Origin: Octopus sinensis
Lineage: Eukaryota
Length of the DNA stretch: 64,000 bases
Reading direction: 5' to 3'
Assembly: GCF_006345805.1 (NCBI RefSeq)
Contig: NC_042999.1
Span: forward strand, 25,668,001-25,732,000
Part shown: piece after piece, positions 24,474 to 38,363 of the stretch
Numbering within the stretch: position 1 is the stretch's first letter
Layout of the letters: each line of letters starts with the position of its first letter
Notes under the pieces: model-generated
Told to the model about the DNA's origin: nothing
The model's database searches: none
What the model saw: only the letters and a program-made list of their open reading frames with translations
Made by a program: the position numbers and the translations under genes

Positions 24474-25961
24474 TATATATATTTTGTGAAAGCTTATCCA
24501 CACGCCTGCGTGTGCGTGCGTGTGTGTACTTGTGTGTGCATGTATGTAAGACTTTAAAATAATTGAAACAAGATGTATGTACCTATACATTACAAGGTTA
24601 TTAATCGCTAAAGTTTAACTAAGCAGACACTAAAGTTTTCTTCCTGACAACATAAAATATCCTGTATGAAGTTTAATCTTGAAAACGAAACATTAGCAGA
24701 CAACAAAATGGTAAAGTGTGCAGACGGCAAAATTATTTCTTGCACGAAATTTTTCAATTTATATCATTAGAGAATGTTCAAATTCGAAACAGATGAAATT
24801 GTATGAACACTCATATTACTATGTATTCACGTAGTTTATATATAGTTTATATAAAACCTGTCTCTTTCTATATCTATGTACACATACACACATGCACGCC
24901 TGCGTGCGCATACACACATATCTACGTACATCCGTATTTTACCTGTTGTTTAAGTCGATAAACTTTTGTTATACTTGGGTACTAACAATATCAATCACAC
25001 TAGTTTTTATCTTAATGTCCAGGTCTTTATGCCATACTATTAATAATTTCATCATATAAAAAACACTGAGTCCAGAAAACGTATGAAAGCTACCAGTAAT
25101 CTATATACTTATTTAAGAAGGGAATGATGAAATTGCATTAATTTTAGAAAGTCTTTCTTTCAGACTAGGCATTGACTAGGCCGTAAAGAGATCGATACAA
25201 ACTAAAATCGGAATAAAAATAATGACACTGTACCACTGTCTAAATGTAACCAACCCGGAAGATTCTCAATATTCTTATTCCGAAAATTATAAAAGATAGA
25301 GAGATCTTATAAATATGCAAACAATAGTAAGATTTAAAATCTAATCTCTTAGGAGATATATAGGACTAAGATTATTGAAATAACTGAAGAGCTTGGGGTG
25401 CATTCAATAGACCGAAAAATCAGCGGCAAGTCAAATACCTTTCTTCTGGAGAGACTTACAAGACTTGGCTCCAAATACGGCACTCATAACTTTATACAGT
25501 TGCGACTAAAATGGAAAAGTCTTGCAGAATCCCGCTAATACGTATCAGTTGCCATTTTTAAATCAGAGATCAAGAGGTTTTTGGTCCAATTTTTAAATGA
25601 AAGCAGTAATCGTGGAAACCTTTATCTTCATAAATTCTAAGCTAGACGTGTAAAGAAATTCTATAGAGTATTTCGAACACAAAATCTAATTATTTATTAG
25701 AGATCACTCAATTTATATATATATATATATATTCTATAATTTTAAGCATATGGGAGATATCTTATGGTAGAGGAATAGTATTTAACTGCTATTTCTAAAT
25801 TTCGGTATGTGGTGAAGCAATTTTTCTGAACCCTAATTATAGTTATGTTGATAGTTATAGAATTTTTGTATAAGGTTACCGATAATGTTTCTTTTAACAT
25901 ACCGAACTACTTGGTAAAATTATTAATTATTAATTAATTTTACCCTTTATTATTATTGATA

Positions 25962-26063
<102 letters not shown>

Positions 26064-27915
26064 GTATGTATTTTTCATTTATGTATATTAATAATCTTTA
26101 CTGGAATGCTTCAAAATTTTGCCAATTATTTCATGGAAAAATATTCACCTCTATTTCGATTCTCCGTTATAGATTTTACACATCCAAAACATAAAATTAA
26201 AAGTGTTTCTTACTAAACGAAATATATATTGCTTGGTTTTTAAGCGTATCTTTCCTTATATGACAAAAACAGGTGTGATATCATTAGAAACATTGCTACC
26301 GTTATCTTAAAGAAAGCAGTAATTTTTTGATTGGATTATGGACCAGCTGTTCGCACGACGGTTAATCATATTCTGAAATATATGGGGAAAACAATAAAAA
26401 TATCTACGATAACCTATCTATAAAATTTCCGGAACAGTTCAAAGGAAATAACATCTTTGCTGAGTCTAGTTCAAAGATATTTCGCGATTACCAATATTTG
26501 TAACTTAACCAGGCGCAGACATAAATATTAATCCACATTCAGGTCGAATGGAACAAACAACATTCCTCGACACTTAACACTTCGCGCATTTATTCATTAT
26601 CGAATATTTACGATAATTGATCCAATATATTGATTTTATCTCTTATATCCAAGAATTCCCATATATTCCACCATAATATGTTTGCGAGATTTAATCCACT
26701 CTTACGAATTTATTCGCTATCCCTGTATTTTTCCATCGTGTTGAGGTTAATATTGCACAGTTGTTTAGCCTGGGTCGACTCTAAGTGAACACACACACAA
26801 TCAAAAACGTTACAGCCGTTACCATCGTGACATGTTATTTAAAATTCAAGAATAGTGCAAGTTAGATCATTTCATCCAACATTTTTATGACAAGCGGAAT
26901 GACTGGTTGGATATTTCGCTAATATTCCCTGTACGTTAAGCGACCAACAATTCTCAGCAATGGCACTCCAGACGGGAACAGTATTGTCAATTTAGATATG
27001 AAGCTAAATACTTGAAACGTTTTGATATTTTTCTACCATTACGACTATGACACTGTGATATATATATAAGAAGCTTGATTTGTTGTTGGCATCCTTTTTG
27101 ATTCGGGAGACAATGGAGTTGCGCATAAAATAGTCCAGTCCGGCTTTTAGATTTCATGTCCTGATACATTTCCTGCTGTGGCTGTGTAGTCATATATATA
27201 TCGTGGCAGTAAATATATTTTCAGCTAACTTGAAAAAACGATTATCCTAAACATGTAGGAACAGAGCTTATCCTTGTCCTTACTGGCGTATATTTAATGA
27301 CCATGGAAAAATATACTAGAGGTAATGACCTATAATTTGAAAGAGAGTCTAGAAGCTTGATTTGCTGTGTATTTAAAATGTTGCTTTCGAAACAAGGTTG
27401 TTAACGGTTCAGTTCCATTGCAATATAACTTGCGTAATTGTTCTCATCAGTCCTGTGTAGCCCAGAATTTTAAGAATCAACTTTGATAAATCAATACAAT
27501 GGAATTCTGTTCGAGAAATGTATCGTGTTCCCCTTCAGTAGGGTAACGAAGAAATGCGTGAAGGGCTAACTAGGGCTATGATTTAATATCCACACTTATT
27601 TCAAGCAAACACGGAGGTTTTTAAAACGGACATGAGGGCTGTATAATTTCCTACAACACAACTGTGCCATCTATGTACTTATGTGTTTGCATGTTTGCTC
27701 CTTGAAAAAACCCTAGTTGGAAGCCAGTTGCTTTACATGAAGCCGCTTTAGAAATACCTTTGGATATCTTTAAATGAGGACACTTTTCGTAACCATTTGG
27801 ATCATGTTTCTTACTGCTGGATGTAATTTTGGATCATGCGATATAATCATAATTTGTTTTTGTTGTATTTACTATGTTCTGTCTTCTGCATTTGTAGGAC
27901 ATACCTTTTAAAAAA

Positions 27916-28325
27916 ACTCTTTTACTTGTTTCAGTCATTTGACTGCGGCCATGCTGGAGCACCGCCTTTAGTCGATCAAATCGACCCCGGGAATTATTCT
28001 TTGTAAGCCCAGTACATATTCTATTGGTCTCTTTTGCCGAACTGCTAAGTGACGGGGACATAAACACACCAGCATATGTTGTCAAGCAATGCTAGAGGGA
28101 CAAACACAGACACACAAACACACACATATATATATATATATAATATATATATATATATATACATATATACGACAGGCTTCTTTCAGTTTCCGTCTACCAA
28201 ATCCACTCACAAGGCATTGGTCGGCCCAGTGCTATAGCAGAAGACACTTGCCCAAGACGCCATGCAGTGGGACTGAACCCGCAACCATGTGGTTGGTTAG
28301 CAAGCTACTTACCACACATCCACTT
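27916..28325 (-). mobile_element. Near full-length SINE family A
   Basis: Collinear with the 20592-21160 and 46101-46487 copies. Confidence 0.92.
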
Positions 28326-28853
28326 ATTCAATAATCATTATATACTGATTCTTACTTCAGCAACCTGACGTGGTTCGACTACTATTTTGCTCCTAATAAC
28401 TCTATTATAATAAATGTCGCCGCTAGATAATGAATATACTATGAAAATACGAACACTTTCATGGTAAAAAACTGAAATAACTGGATGAGGTTTTGAATCT
28501 TCCTACAGATATCGTGTTGAATGATAATTGCTTTAATGACATTCATTCGATGTATGGAAAGAAATTTAGAACAAGGATAAACGAAACAGTATTACGTCAA
28601 TAACATATGTTCAAATCGAACATATGTTCAGACCAGGAACAAATTATGCAACGAATTCAAATATTGATTTAAGCAAAACTTAACAAAATAATACTCACTG
28701 TGAAAGTATTTAAATATTTAAGATTTGTGTACGTGAAAGCAATTAACTGGATGATGATGTAACAAAAAATATATTCCTTGAATATCCTCTCTCCCACTAT
28801 CCCTATTTATCCACATATATATTATATAAACATATTATAAATATATACGTATA

Positions 28854-28914
<61 letters not shown>

Positions 28915-30225
28915 CTATATATATATATATATATATATATTTTTATATATCTATATATAATGTATGTATGTATATATATATATATATATATTTATATGTA
29001 CGTATGTAAGTATATCATACATATACACATATACGTACGCATGTAAGGCTTTCGAGTGAATTTGCTTTAATAAATGAGGACCATGTGGTCATGTCTTTCT
29101 GTTTGTTGCCCCCCTCCCCCAACGTTACTGTTTTCCCTACTGCCACATAATCTAGCAGTTCCGTAAACATTATGATAAAATAACTAACATATCTTAAAAA
29201 ATAAGCACCGGGGTCGATTTGTTTGAGTAAACATCTAACGAAATTAATAAGAATAAAATGGCATGACCTATACGAGCTACTTCACATTCGGTCGCCCTTT
29301 AGAAAGGCTTTCTGTGTGCGGGCTGTCACTCATTCAGGTTCGTATATCCCGAGAGAAAATATGAGAAATATATGACTTGTATGACTTAAGCTCCCGTGAA
29401 TCAGGTAGATGTTCAATGACGAACGCAACATTTTAATAATAACAGCCAAATTCCCTAAAATGTGTATCTAGTATCTGAAATATGGAAGTGCACATTGTAC
29501 TGCGTAATAGGAAAAATACTAATATTTGAATCATAGGTGATGCAGTTACACATGCAACGTGTTTCAGTTTGAGTCGGCATGATGAAACATATAGAAACAT
29601 TAGAGAGACAAACTAACAAGTAGTAATGGAATCTTTCTTCCAATCAAATCTCACTGTCTCAAATATGGAAAGGACATGTGTTATGTGATATCTTCCAAAA
29701 GAGTTGGCTGTCACGGTTGAATTTAATTACTGAGCTGCTTCACGAAGGCAAAGCAGAATTATATCATTGGATTGCTTGATAACAAGATATCTGGCTAAAC
29801 AAAAACAACATCACCAACACAAGACTATTGGGTATTTGGGTAGTTGATGTAGTTTATTGACGTTCTTCTTGAATGATTAACTATGATAGAGTGGTCCCAG
29901 ATTCAGGGAGAAACTCATCTTGTAAACTCGAGTTAAAACTACGAGCATACATTTCGATGGATCAGTGTAAAACGAAATACGTAGATTAACCTTCTGAATA
30001 TTTCTGAGGATTTCTTTTTGTAAATAAGTAACATCGGAAATTTAGGACATAATTTAGTAAATTAAAGTCTGTAGAAGAAGGTTGTGGCAAAAAGAATAGG
30101 GGTGAGAGGCTGTGCTTCTGATATCTGTTTAGCGTTGCAACGCAAAGCGGTGTTCATTATCAAACAGATCTACAATCCAATACCTGCTGGTTATAATTAT
30201 GCTGCCATTCTTTCCGGTATTCTAG

Positions 30226-30448
30226 GGCAGCGAGCTGACAGAATTGCTAGCACGCGGACAAAATGCCAAATGCCTAGTGGCATTTTGTTCGTCTTTACCT
30301 TCTGAGTTCAAATTTAGCCGAGGTCGACTTAGCCATTCATCCTTACGGGGTTAATAAAATATATAGTAGTTAAACACTGGGGTCGATGAAATCGACATAC
30401 CTCTCCCTCGAGATTGCTGGCCTTACGCCAAAATTTGAAACCAATATT
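30226..30448 (+). mobile_element. SINE family B (older, tail type 2)
   Basis: ggcagcgagctgacagaa..ttctgagttcaaat..gaggtcgacttagccattcatcc..ggccttacgccaaaatttgaaacc. Confidence 0.78.
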
Positions 30449-32325
30449 TATCGAAAGAAAGTCTGTGTGTCGAGCTATCTTACTTCACATATTTCAACAA
30501 TTTCAATGAATTCAATTTGCATATATCACAAATTTCGGCGTATTTACATATCCTTAATTGCTTATTCATTTATTCATTTGATATTTTGATTATTGTTTCC
30601 TTCCTATATTTCCTTCAACCTTCTCTCAGTGTGTGTGTTTCTTCTATAAGGCTGTTCCTTCTATAAGGGTCTTCTTCTAAGGGTGTTCTATAAAGGTGTT
30701 AATGGTGCCAATGGGATTTCAAATCTTCCTGCATTCGCATCTAATGAAGAACGATAGAAAGAGAGTGACAGAAACAGGGAAAGAATTAAAATATCAGTGT
30801 CAGAAGGGGTGAATTAGAGAAAAAATCTGGTACATTTCCTTATATTTATTAGAAATATTTTCTGTGCTAATATATAATTCAGAGAATGCTAGGGTCCAAG
30901 TTTTATCATTAATTACTACACTGCAAACAGCGTGGTAATTAATGCTCACAATCAGATGAAATACGTTTTTGGAACGCATGGGTATGTCCTCTATATGCAT
31001 ATGTCTTTATTCATGATCACACTGTGTTAGGAATATAATTATTAATATCGATATCTAACAAGAATATAAATCAACACATAGACAATGGCTAATTAAAAAT
31101 AATTATGTAATAAGTAACATTTGAATAACTGCTGTTATATATTTCGTTAAGTATAGGACATGAAGTCTGCGCAAAAACCAGTCTTATTAGATATATGTGC
31201 AAATTATTCTTCACCAGAGATTCTAAATCAATAGTGCAAATATTATTATTTAGAAAAAAAACGTGTACATCTCTGACGTGAATTACATGACAACTATAGG
31301 TAAGTTAATGTAGTGAGTAACATAATAAATAATATTGTGAAATGTGTGAAACAAGTCGGATCAGTGTTGCCTAATTGTTTGACGTCTTCAATAAATGCTA
31401 CAATTTACTGTATTACATCAAATCCTTATGGCAATAATATTAAGTAGGTTTACATTATTTTTAATATTCCAATATATAAAAAGGATACTGAAGATTGCCA
31501 CATCTGATGCCTTTATGTGTTTAGTACAGCTGCTAGAAATATGATTCTGTAGTCTTAAAATGAAGAGGATACATTCGATAATGTGGTCTAGAACGACTTT
31601 GGTCATGGGTCTAACCAATCAGGGTGGGCATATGTCGTAACGGCAACAAGAAATTCAACAAGAAAAAAATTAACGTGACAATGAAAATGAATCTATGAGG
31701 TAACAGCTGTTTGTCTTGTTCGAAAACTAAGACCCAAATGGCCCTGAAATCACAGCCAGTCTCTTAAAGAAGGACGCAATTGAGAATGCAAACTCAATTA
31801 TGCTAACACATGAGATGGCGGCTGCCGGATCATTTTGATCATAGACCGGATCTATTAGATGAGAACTGAACAGAGGTTGAACAAAGAGGTTGAATAAAAG
31901 ATAATAATACATATGGTCCTTTTTAGTGTCACTGGTTAATACAGGCCATTGTTCCCAGTGGACGAATCTAAATCAACGAGGACCTGGTCCCGATTACGAA
32001 CGCAGAACATAAAAGTTTAATTAAATGCGATAAAATATTTTGCTTATCCCTATCTCAATCTGACATTCACTGCTGCTGCTGCTAATAAAATAGCCCTATT
32101 TATTGGCTCATAATCCATTTATCCACAACTTATTTGTTTACCTCAATACATGGTTTCACCCAGATATTGGCGGATAGTAGCGTTTGCGCTACATTTAAAT
32201 TACAATATTATTGGTGATTTTGAAATATTCTGGGGTTTACAGGTAAGATATCACCGATTTTGTTTCCTTTGTACATTTCAAAATCTGATTATATATCGTT
32301 TGAACAGCTGCTCCATAATCCAATT

Positions 32326-32415
<90 letters not shown>

Positions 32416-32779
32416 CCAATTATATATATTCTCCTATTTCAGAATAACAGCTGTGAAAATTGTTCCGATGACATCATACTTACACACTCATAGACATGCA
32501 TATACACAAATAGACATATACACATAGCCTTACTCATACATATATACGTATACATGCATGTATATCTGTGTGTTTGTGTGAGTTTATGTATATATGTATA
32601 TCTTTCAGTAATATGAAAAGAACAGTTTAGCAAATCTTAAGCAGAGGAGAAAAAATTCACATTTAATAGGATATTTAATTCACATTTAATCAGAAGATAG
32701 GTCTGGTCGACGTGTTACCTAGGCAGCAAAGCCAGCGACAGTACACTGAAGGCCATCTCGCAATGTTTAAACTAAAGAA

Positions 32780-33365
32780 GGCGGCGAGCTGACAGAAACG
32801 TTACCACGCTGGGCGAAATTGTTAGCGTTGTTTCGTCTGTCTTTACGTTATGAGTTCAAATTCCACCAAGTTCGACCTTGCCTCTCATCCTTTCGGGGTC
32901 GATAAATTAATTACCACTTACGCACTGGGGTCGATGTAATCGACTTAATCCCTTTGCCTGTCCTTGTTTGTCCACTCTATGTTTAGCCCCTTGTGAGTAG
33001 TAAAGAAATAGGTATTTCGTCAGCCGTTACGTTGTGAGTTCAAATTCCGCCAAGTTCGACTTTGCCTTTCATCCTTTCGGGGTTGATAAATGAAGTACCC
33101 GTTACGCACTGGGGTCGATGTAATCGACTTAATCCGTTTGTCTGTCTTTGTTTGTCCACTCTATGTTTAGCCCCTTATGGTTAGTAAAGAAATAGGTATT
33201 TCGTCTGCCGTTACGTTCTGAGTTCAAATTCCGCCGATGTTGACATTGCCTTCCATTCTTCGGGGTCGATAAATTAAGTATCAGTTGCGTTCTGGAGATC
33301 GATCTAATCGACTGGCACCCTCCCTCAAAATTTCGTTCCTTGTGCCTAGAATAGAAAAGAATATT
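32780..33365 (+). mobile_element. SINE family B trimer (one head, three bodies, 184-bp period)
   Basis: Body units start at ~32828, 33012 and 33196; junction aaagaaatag|gtatttcgtc. Confidence 0.9.
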
Positions 33366-33766
33366 CTATTGTAATTAATATGGCGTCTTTACTTCGTAGC
33401 ACTATCTGATAGGTATACAAGAACTAGCTGTATCGCTCTCATTTCAAACTTTGTTCTTTTGAAAAGAGGCACATTTCTATATGTCGAATATAAACAAATG
33501 GGAAGAGGACCTTGATCATAAATCTACATAGCTTAGTTGATCACGTATATCTATAACAATACCTTGGAGAAATAATATTTATGGCCGTTATCAGTTCATG
33601 TCATAACAATATAGGCTGTGTTTTTTAAAGCTGCAATGAATGACACTGGATTACGAATGACTCGGTGTCAGTGAGATATGTAGCATGTTTGAATATAGAA
33701 ACAATAAATTACTATGAAGAATTATGTTACCCCGCTGATGTACAATGGTGTCAATAACTTAAGAAA

Positions 33767-33767
<1 letters not shown>

Positions 33768-33856
<89 letters not shown>

Positions 33857-33857
33857 C

Positions 33858-33900
<43 letters not shown>
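33768..33900. repeat. (TATC)n microsatellite
   Basis: Direct reading; similar tracts at 35065 and 50256-50488. Confidence 0.95.
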
Positions 33901-33901
<1 letters not shown>

Positions 33902-34594
33902 GCAACCGTGCATGCATATATACATACACACACATACACCATACAATCGCACACACACACACGTATGTATGCATGTGGGTACATACGTGTGCAATAAGTT
34001 CCAAATCGGTATATTTGTATTATTGTTTTATTCAAAAATGTTCATTGCTTCAAAAATTTTGGTCAAGTTTTATAGAATTTAGACTGTACTCAGTTCGTGA
34101 AGTGTCATTATTATGCCCAATGAAGAACCCTCTATAGGAGCTAGTTGAAAAGCCCCCTGTCAGGAAGCTTTTAAAATAGTCTATAAGAAATGCCAAAATG
34201 AATTTCTGTGTTAGCGTGCCACACTTTGGCCCCCTCCCTCACTATTCAATGACATCACTTCCACATCTCCTGCTGGGGTGAGAGTAATAGTATGCATAGG
34301 GACGGTAAGGGCGGTAGTAGATTGATAGTTGAGATGGTAATGGGGTGATAGTAATAGTATGAGCTGTAGTTTTGATAGAGGCGGAGGCAACGGTGATGAT
34401 GGTAGTGGGAGCTGTGGCATGACAGGGATACTTAGAAATGTGAAAGAAAGTAGTGATGGTGATGAAGGGGACGGCGTCGAAGTCAAGGGTATTGATGGTG
34501 GTGGCGTTAGAATTCTGAATGGTGTGTGTATGGCAGTTGTGGTGGCGATTGTGGTGGTACTGGTGATGATGATGGTTGAAAACAATGAGAGGAA

Positions 34595-34652
<58 letters not shown>

Positions 34653-34699
34653 TCGAATGGGAAGACAAGAATGTTTATCATGAAGCTTTGCAATAATTC

Positions 34700-35014
34700 C
34701 GAGTCGACATATTATATCATTGTTTTGAAGACAATTGTTCATTGCTAGAAAAGTATTGGTCAAGTTTAATAAAATTTAATATGTACTCAGTTAATGAAGT
34801 GTCATTACTGGTCTCAAGGCTCATGAATAGCCCTCCAAAGGAGCTAGCTTAAAAGTCGGTCAATTGGGCATATAAAGTCATTCAAATCAAGAATCGGTCA
34901 ACATAGCCACTCTAGGAGAGAGTTATTGCTTATGGAGACATATCCGGGTGGGGGAGGTCTATCCAGGATTTTTTGAAGGAATTTGTCCAAAGACTTTTTG
35001 AACTGTATGGAGTC
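34700..35014 (-). mobile_element. CR1/L2-group LINE 3' end (ORF2 C-terminus plus 3' UTR); a second UTR-like copy lies at ~34038-34155
   Basis: Minus translation DSIQFKKSLDKFLQKILDRPPPPGYVSISNNSLLEWLC*. tgttcattgct..ggtcaagtt..gtactcagtt..gaagtgtcatta is repeated at 34038 and 34736. Confidence 0.7.
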
Positions 35015-35051
35015 TGTTTCTGCTCTGCCTGTCTGTCTATCTGTCTGTCTG

Positions 35052-35139
<88 letters not shown>

Positions 35140-35192
35140 TGTCTGCCTGTCTGTGTGTGTGTGTGTCTTCTGTCTGTCTATCTATCTATCTA

Positions 35193-35577
35193 CTAGCAGT
35201 ATCGCCCGGCGTTGCTCAGATTTGTAAGGGAAATAACTATAAAGCATTTTTAGAGAGTTATAGCCAAAAAATAGCAAAAAAATGGAAAAAAAATGATGGT
35301 AAATTTTTTTTTGAGAGTTAAAAAAGGTGGAGTTGCGTCCCCTAGACGGTCTGTGGTTTGGGTTTCTGATTCTCGACCCCATGTCGAATTTATCGTTTTT
35401 TTTCAGAACTGGGGGAACTCTTCAAAATTTTCGCTGCGTTAGTTTTGAATTATGACATTGGGCTATGTGTGTGTCAAGTTTCATCAGAATCGGTTGAAAG
35501 CCGTGGTCAGAGTGAGGGTACGAGAAAACAGACACACAGAAAACGCACAGACAAACTGCCGTTTATATAGAGAGAGA
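35193..35577 (-). mobile_element. Non-autonomous Helitron (~385 bp)
   Basis: Minus strand begins A|TC (35577) and ends CTAG|T (35193), with a GC-rich imperfect hairpin (cccggcgttgctc) ~9 nt from the 3' end; no TSD. Confidence 0.75.
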
Positions 35578-35674
35578 TTTATGCAACCATGCCGGTCATT
35601 CAAAATGTGACCGCGTGTGTACCGTCGGCGATTTTTTTCTCCGTCTTCCCTTCTCTGGATCTTTCCTTTTCCTG

Positions 35675-35710
35675 TGTTTCTGACGAAGAGCTCCGCTCGA
35701 AACGTTAACC
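35675..35710 (+). ncRNA. Minimal type-I hammerhead ribozyme motif with canonical core, inside a ~230-bp element (35590-35815)
   Basis: gttt-CTGACGA-a-GAGC-tcc-GCTC-GAAAC-GTT-aacc; helix III is the palindrome AACGTT (dimer type); helix I is weak. Confidence 0.7.
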
Positions 35711-35958
35711 CCTCCCTCTTCCCTTCCTTCCAGAGCGTCCAATAATACTATACCTGTTGCACGTCCTCGCGTTGTTGTGCTTTCTCTTTGTGCTTTCATG
35801 TTTGGATTAACTTTATATATATATACACATATACACATATACACACACACACACATACATGTGACACAACAGTTTTAGTTCAACTAGTTCTGCTTAAAGT
35901 AACATTGCTCTGAAAGAAACCAAGGAGTAAATAATATGTCATATTATTTAAGCGACAC

Positions 35959-36050
35959 CTGTACAAATTCCATTCAGAAATACCAGAGAAACCACCAACA
36001 TCCGGATAGATTTCGACACACAACTCCGTATCCGAGTGGTCTATGATGTC
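35959..36050 (-). CDS. Candidate exon 2 of a minus-strand host gene (DIIDHSDTELCVEIYPDVGGFSGISEWNLY)
   Basis: Acceptor ttttgttttag; donor CAG|gtgtcg; only frame 0 is open; phase matches the upstream ATG|gtgaga at 36381-36379. Confidence 0.42.
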
Positions 36051-36378
36051 CTAAAACAAAATTTAAAATACCACTGCAGATGATGATAAGTAGCCTTAAA
36101 GTACGTACTTTAAAATGTCAAATAACTAAAAAAATTAAATTTAGCCCAGAAGAGGTTTCCATTTAATTTTTATACATATGTTATTTACAGTCCTTATTAT
36201 AGCAGTGTCGCTACTGAGAGAGTAAACGAAAACAAATAAATACATGTCAATGATGTTTTCTTCGTGTTATTAGCCAAAAATATTTCAAAAATAACATCAT
36301 AACAACGACAAGAAGAAAAGAGCAAAGAAATCCTCAACAAGTCCTATTCATTCTAAAGTTATATTTTGTTTGTCTCAC

Positions 36379-36381
36379 CAT
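36379..36381 (-). CDS. Candidate initiator ATG at the end of exon 1 (agaagaATG|gtgaga)
   Basis: A at -3, good GTGAGA donor, 328-nt intron to 36050; X-box motif ~42 nt upstream. Confidence 0.38.
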
Positions 36382-36422
36382 TCTTCTATCGACCTTATTT
36401 CAGCAGTTGGAGAGAAAGCAGT

Positions 36423-36875
36423 GTTTCCATAGAAACGCTGTCAGGCTTAACACTTATTCTGTAAACAACACCGTTTCAAGAAAGCTTTCATTAAATAAAA
36501 ATTCCCACTCAACGACGTGCAACTCCAACAATCCCTTATTTTGTCTTTTCTTCCTTTTTTTTTTACTATATGATCTCACTCTCATTTTCTCTTTCTCGTT
36601 TTCTCTCTCACACATTCTCTCTTTCTCTCTATCATTCTCACTCCCACTCTTTCCATATTTCAATCTCTCCTTGCTTTTCTCGTTCTTCCTTTCTCTCTCT
36701 ATCTCTCTAACTGTTGGCGGGGATTTTTCTAGTACATTTTCTTCTACGTATTTCTATTCGCTTGTGCGATAATCATTATTATTGTAAATAATAATAAAAA
36801 TGATAATAATAATAGTAATAATGATAGTTATAAAAATGATAATAACAATAATAATAACGATAACAACAACAACCA

Positions 36876-36957
<82 letters not shown>

Positions 36958-37397
36958 GTGGTTGTCCTCCTTCTCCTGCACCTCCACTCCACCTGCACCT
37001 CCTCCACCCCGTTCTTCTTCTTCTTCTTCTTCTTCTTCTCCTCCTCATCCGTTTACTTCTTAATATAAGTGTTTTATTGCAATTTTATTTTATTTGTCGA
37101 TTTTCTTTCATCGTTTAAGTATCTATGGTAACAATCAATAAAACCATTTTTTTTTTTTTTAGTTGATCCCAATATTTTCTTAATCAACGGTTTAATATAT
37201 TTGAGAGTGTTTTTGATGTTGTTGTTGCACTGCTGGAAATGAAGGAAGAGAGAACGGGAGAGGGAGAGAGAAAGAGAGAAAAGAGAGAGAGGGTGAGAGA
37301 GAGGCAGACAGACAGAGAGAAGAGGAGTGATGGGGAGATGAAAAACACAAGAAAGAAAATCTACTATGACTCTTAAGAAAGCTAGTAACCTAGCAAC
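36423..37397. promoter_or_regulatory. Cluster of RFX X-box-like motifs plus a forkhead site
   Basis: GTTTCCATAGAAAC (36423-36436), GTATCTATGGTAAC (37119-37132), GTAACCTAGCAAC (37385-37397), TGTAAACA (36460-36467). Confidence 0.45.
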
Positions 37398-37499
37398 TGA
37401 AGACAGAAAGACAAGTATGAATGAAATTAATAAGCAGCATCAGCAGGCAACCATGTCTTGAATGATGGGACCGTATCATTATCGTAATTGTATTTATTG

Positions 37500-37554
37500 T
37501 TATTATTATTACCATCATTGCTGTTGCTATTTATGGTATTCATGTCGTTGTTTA

Positions 37555-37630
<76 letters not shown>

Positions 37631-37637
37631 TATTATT

Positions 37638-37723
<86 letters not shown>

Positions 37724-37744
37724 TATTATCATTATAATTATTAC

Positions 37745-37779
<35 letters not shown>

Positions 37780-37832
37780 TATTATTATTATTATTGTTAT
37801 TGTTATTATTATTATTATTGTTGTTATTATTA

Positions 37833-37880
<48 letters not shown>
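37500..37880. repeat. (TTA)n microsatellite field; others at 36877-36957, 38363-38437, 39860-40062, 48328-48557, 53924-54052 and 62415-62470
   Basis: Direct reading. Confidence 0.95.
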
Positions 37881-37881
<1 letters not shown>

Positions 37882-37970
37882 GTATCAAGGTGCAGAGCTG
37901 TTATCGACTTATCTACCTGCCTGAAATTGTCGGCCTTGTGCCAATATTTGAAAACGATTGTTATGATTAT

Positions 37971-38363
37971 TGGTGATCTGGCAGAAACGTTAGCACGCCG
38001 GGCGAAAGGCGTAGCCGTATTTCGTCTGCCGTTACGTTCTGGGTTCAAATTCCGCCGAGGTCGACATTGCCTTTCATCCTTTCAGGGTCGATACATTAAG
38101 TACCAGTTACGCACTGGGGTCGATATAATCGACTTAATCTGTTCAACTGTCCTTGTTTGTCCTCTCTGTGTTTATCCCCTTATGGGTAGGAAAGAAATAG
38201 GTATTTCATCCGTCTTTGCGTTGTGAGTCCAAACTCCGCCGAGGTCGACTTTACCTTTCATCTTTTCGGGGCCGGTAAATTAAATACCAGTTGCGTACTG
38301 AGGTCGATCTAATCGACTGGCCCCTCCCACGAAAATTTCGGGCCGTGTGCCTAGAATAGGAAA

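Noticed and set aside
32780-33365. Regularly spaced repeats resembling a CRISPR array
   Set aside because: Whole 184-bp units repeat with no unique spacers; eukaryotic SINE context, no cas genes.
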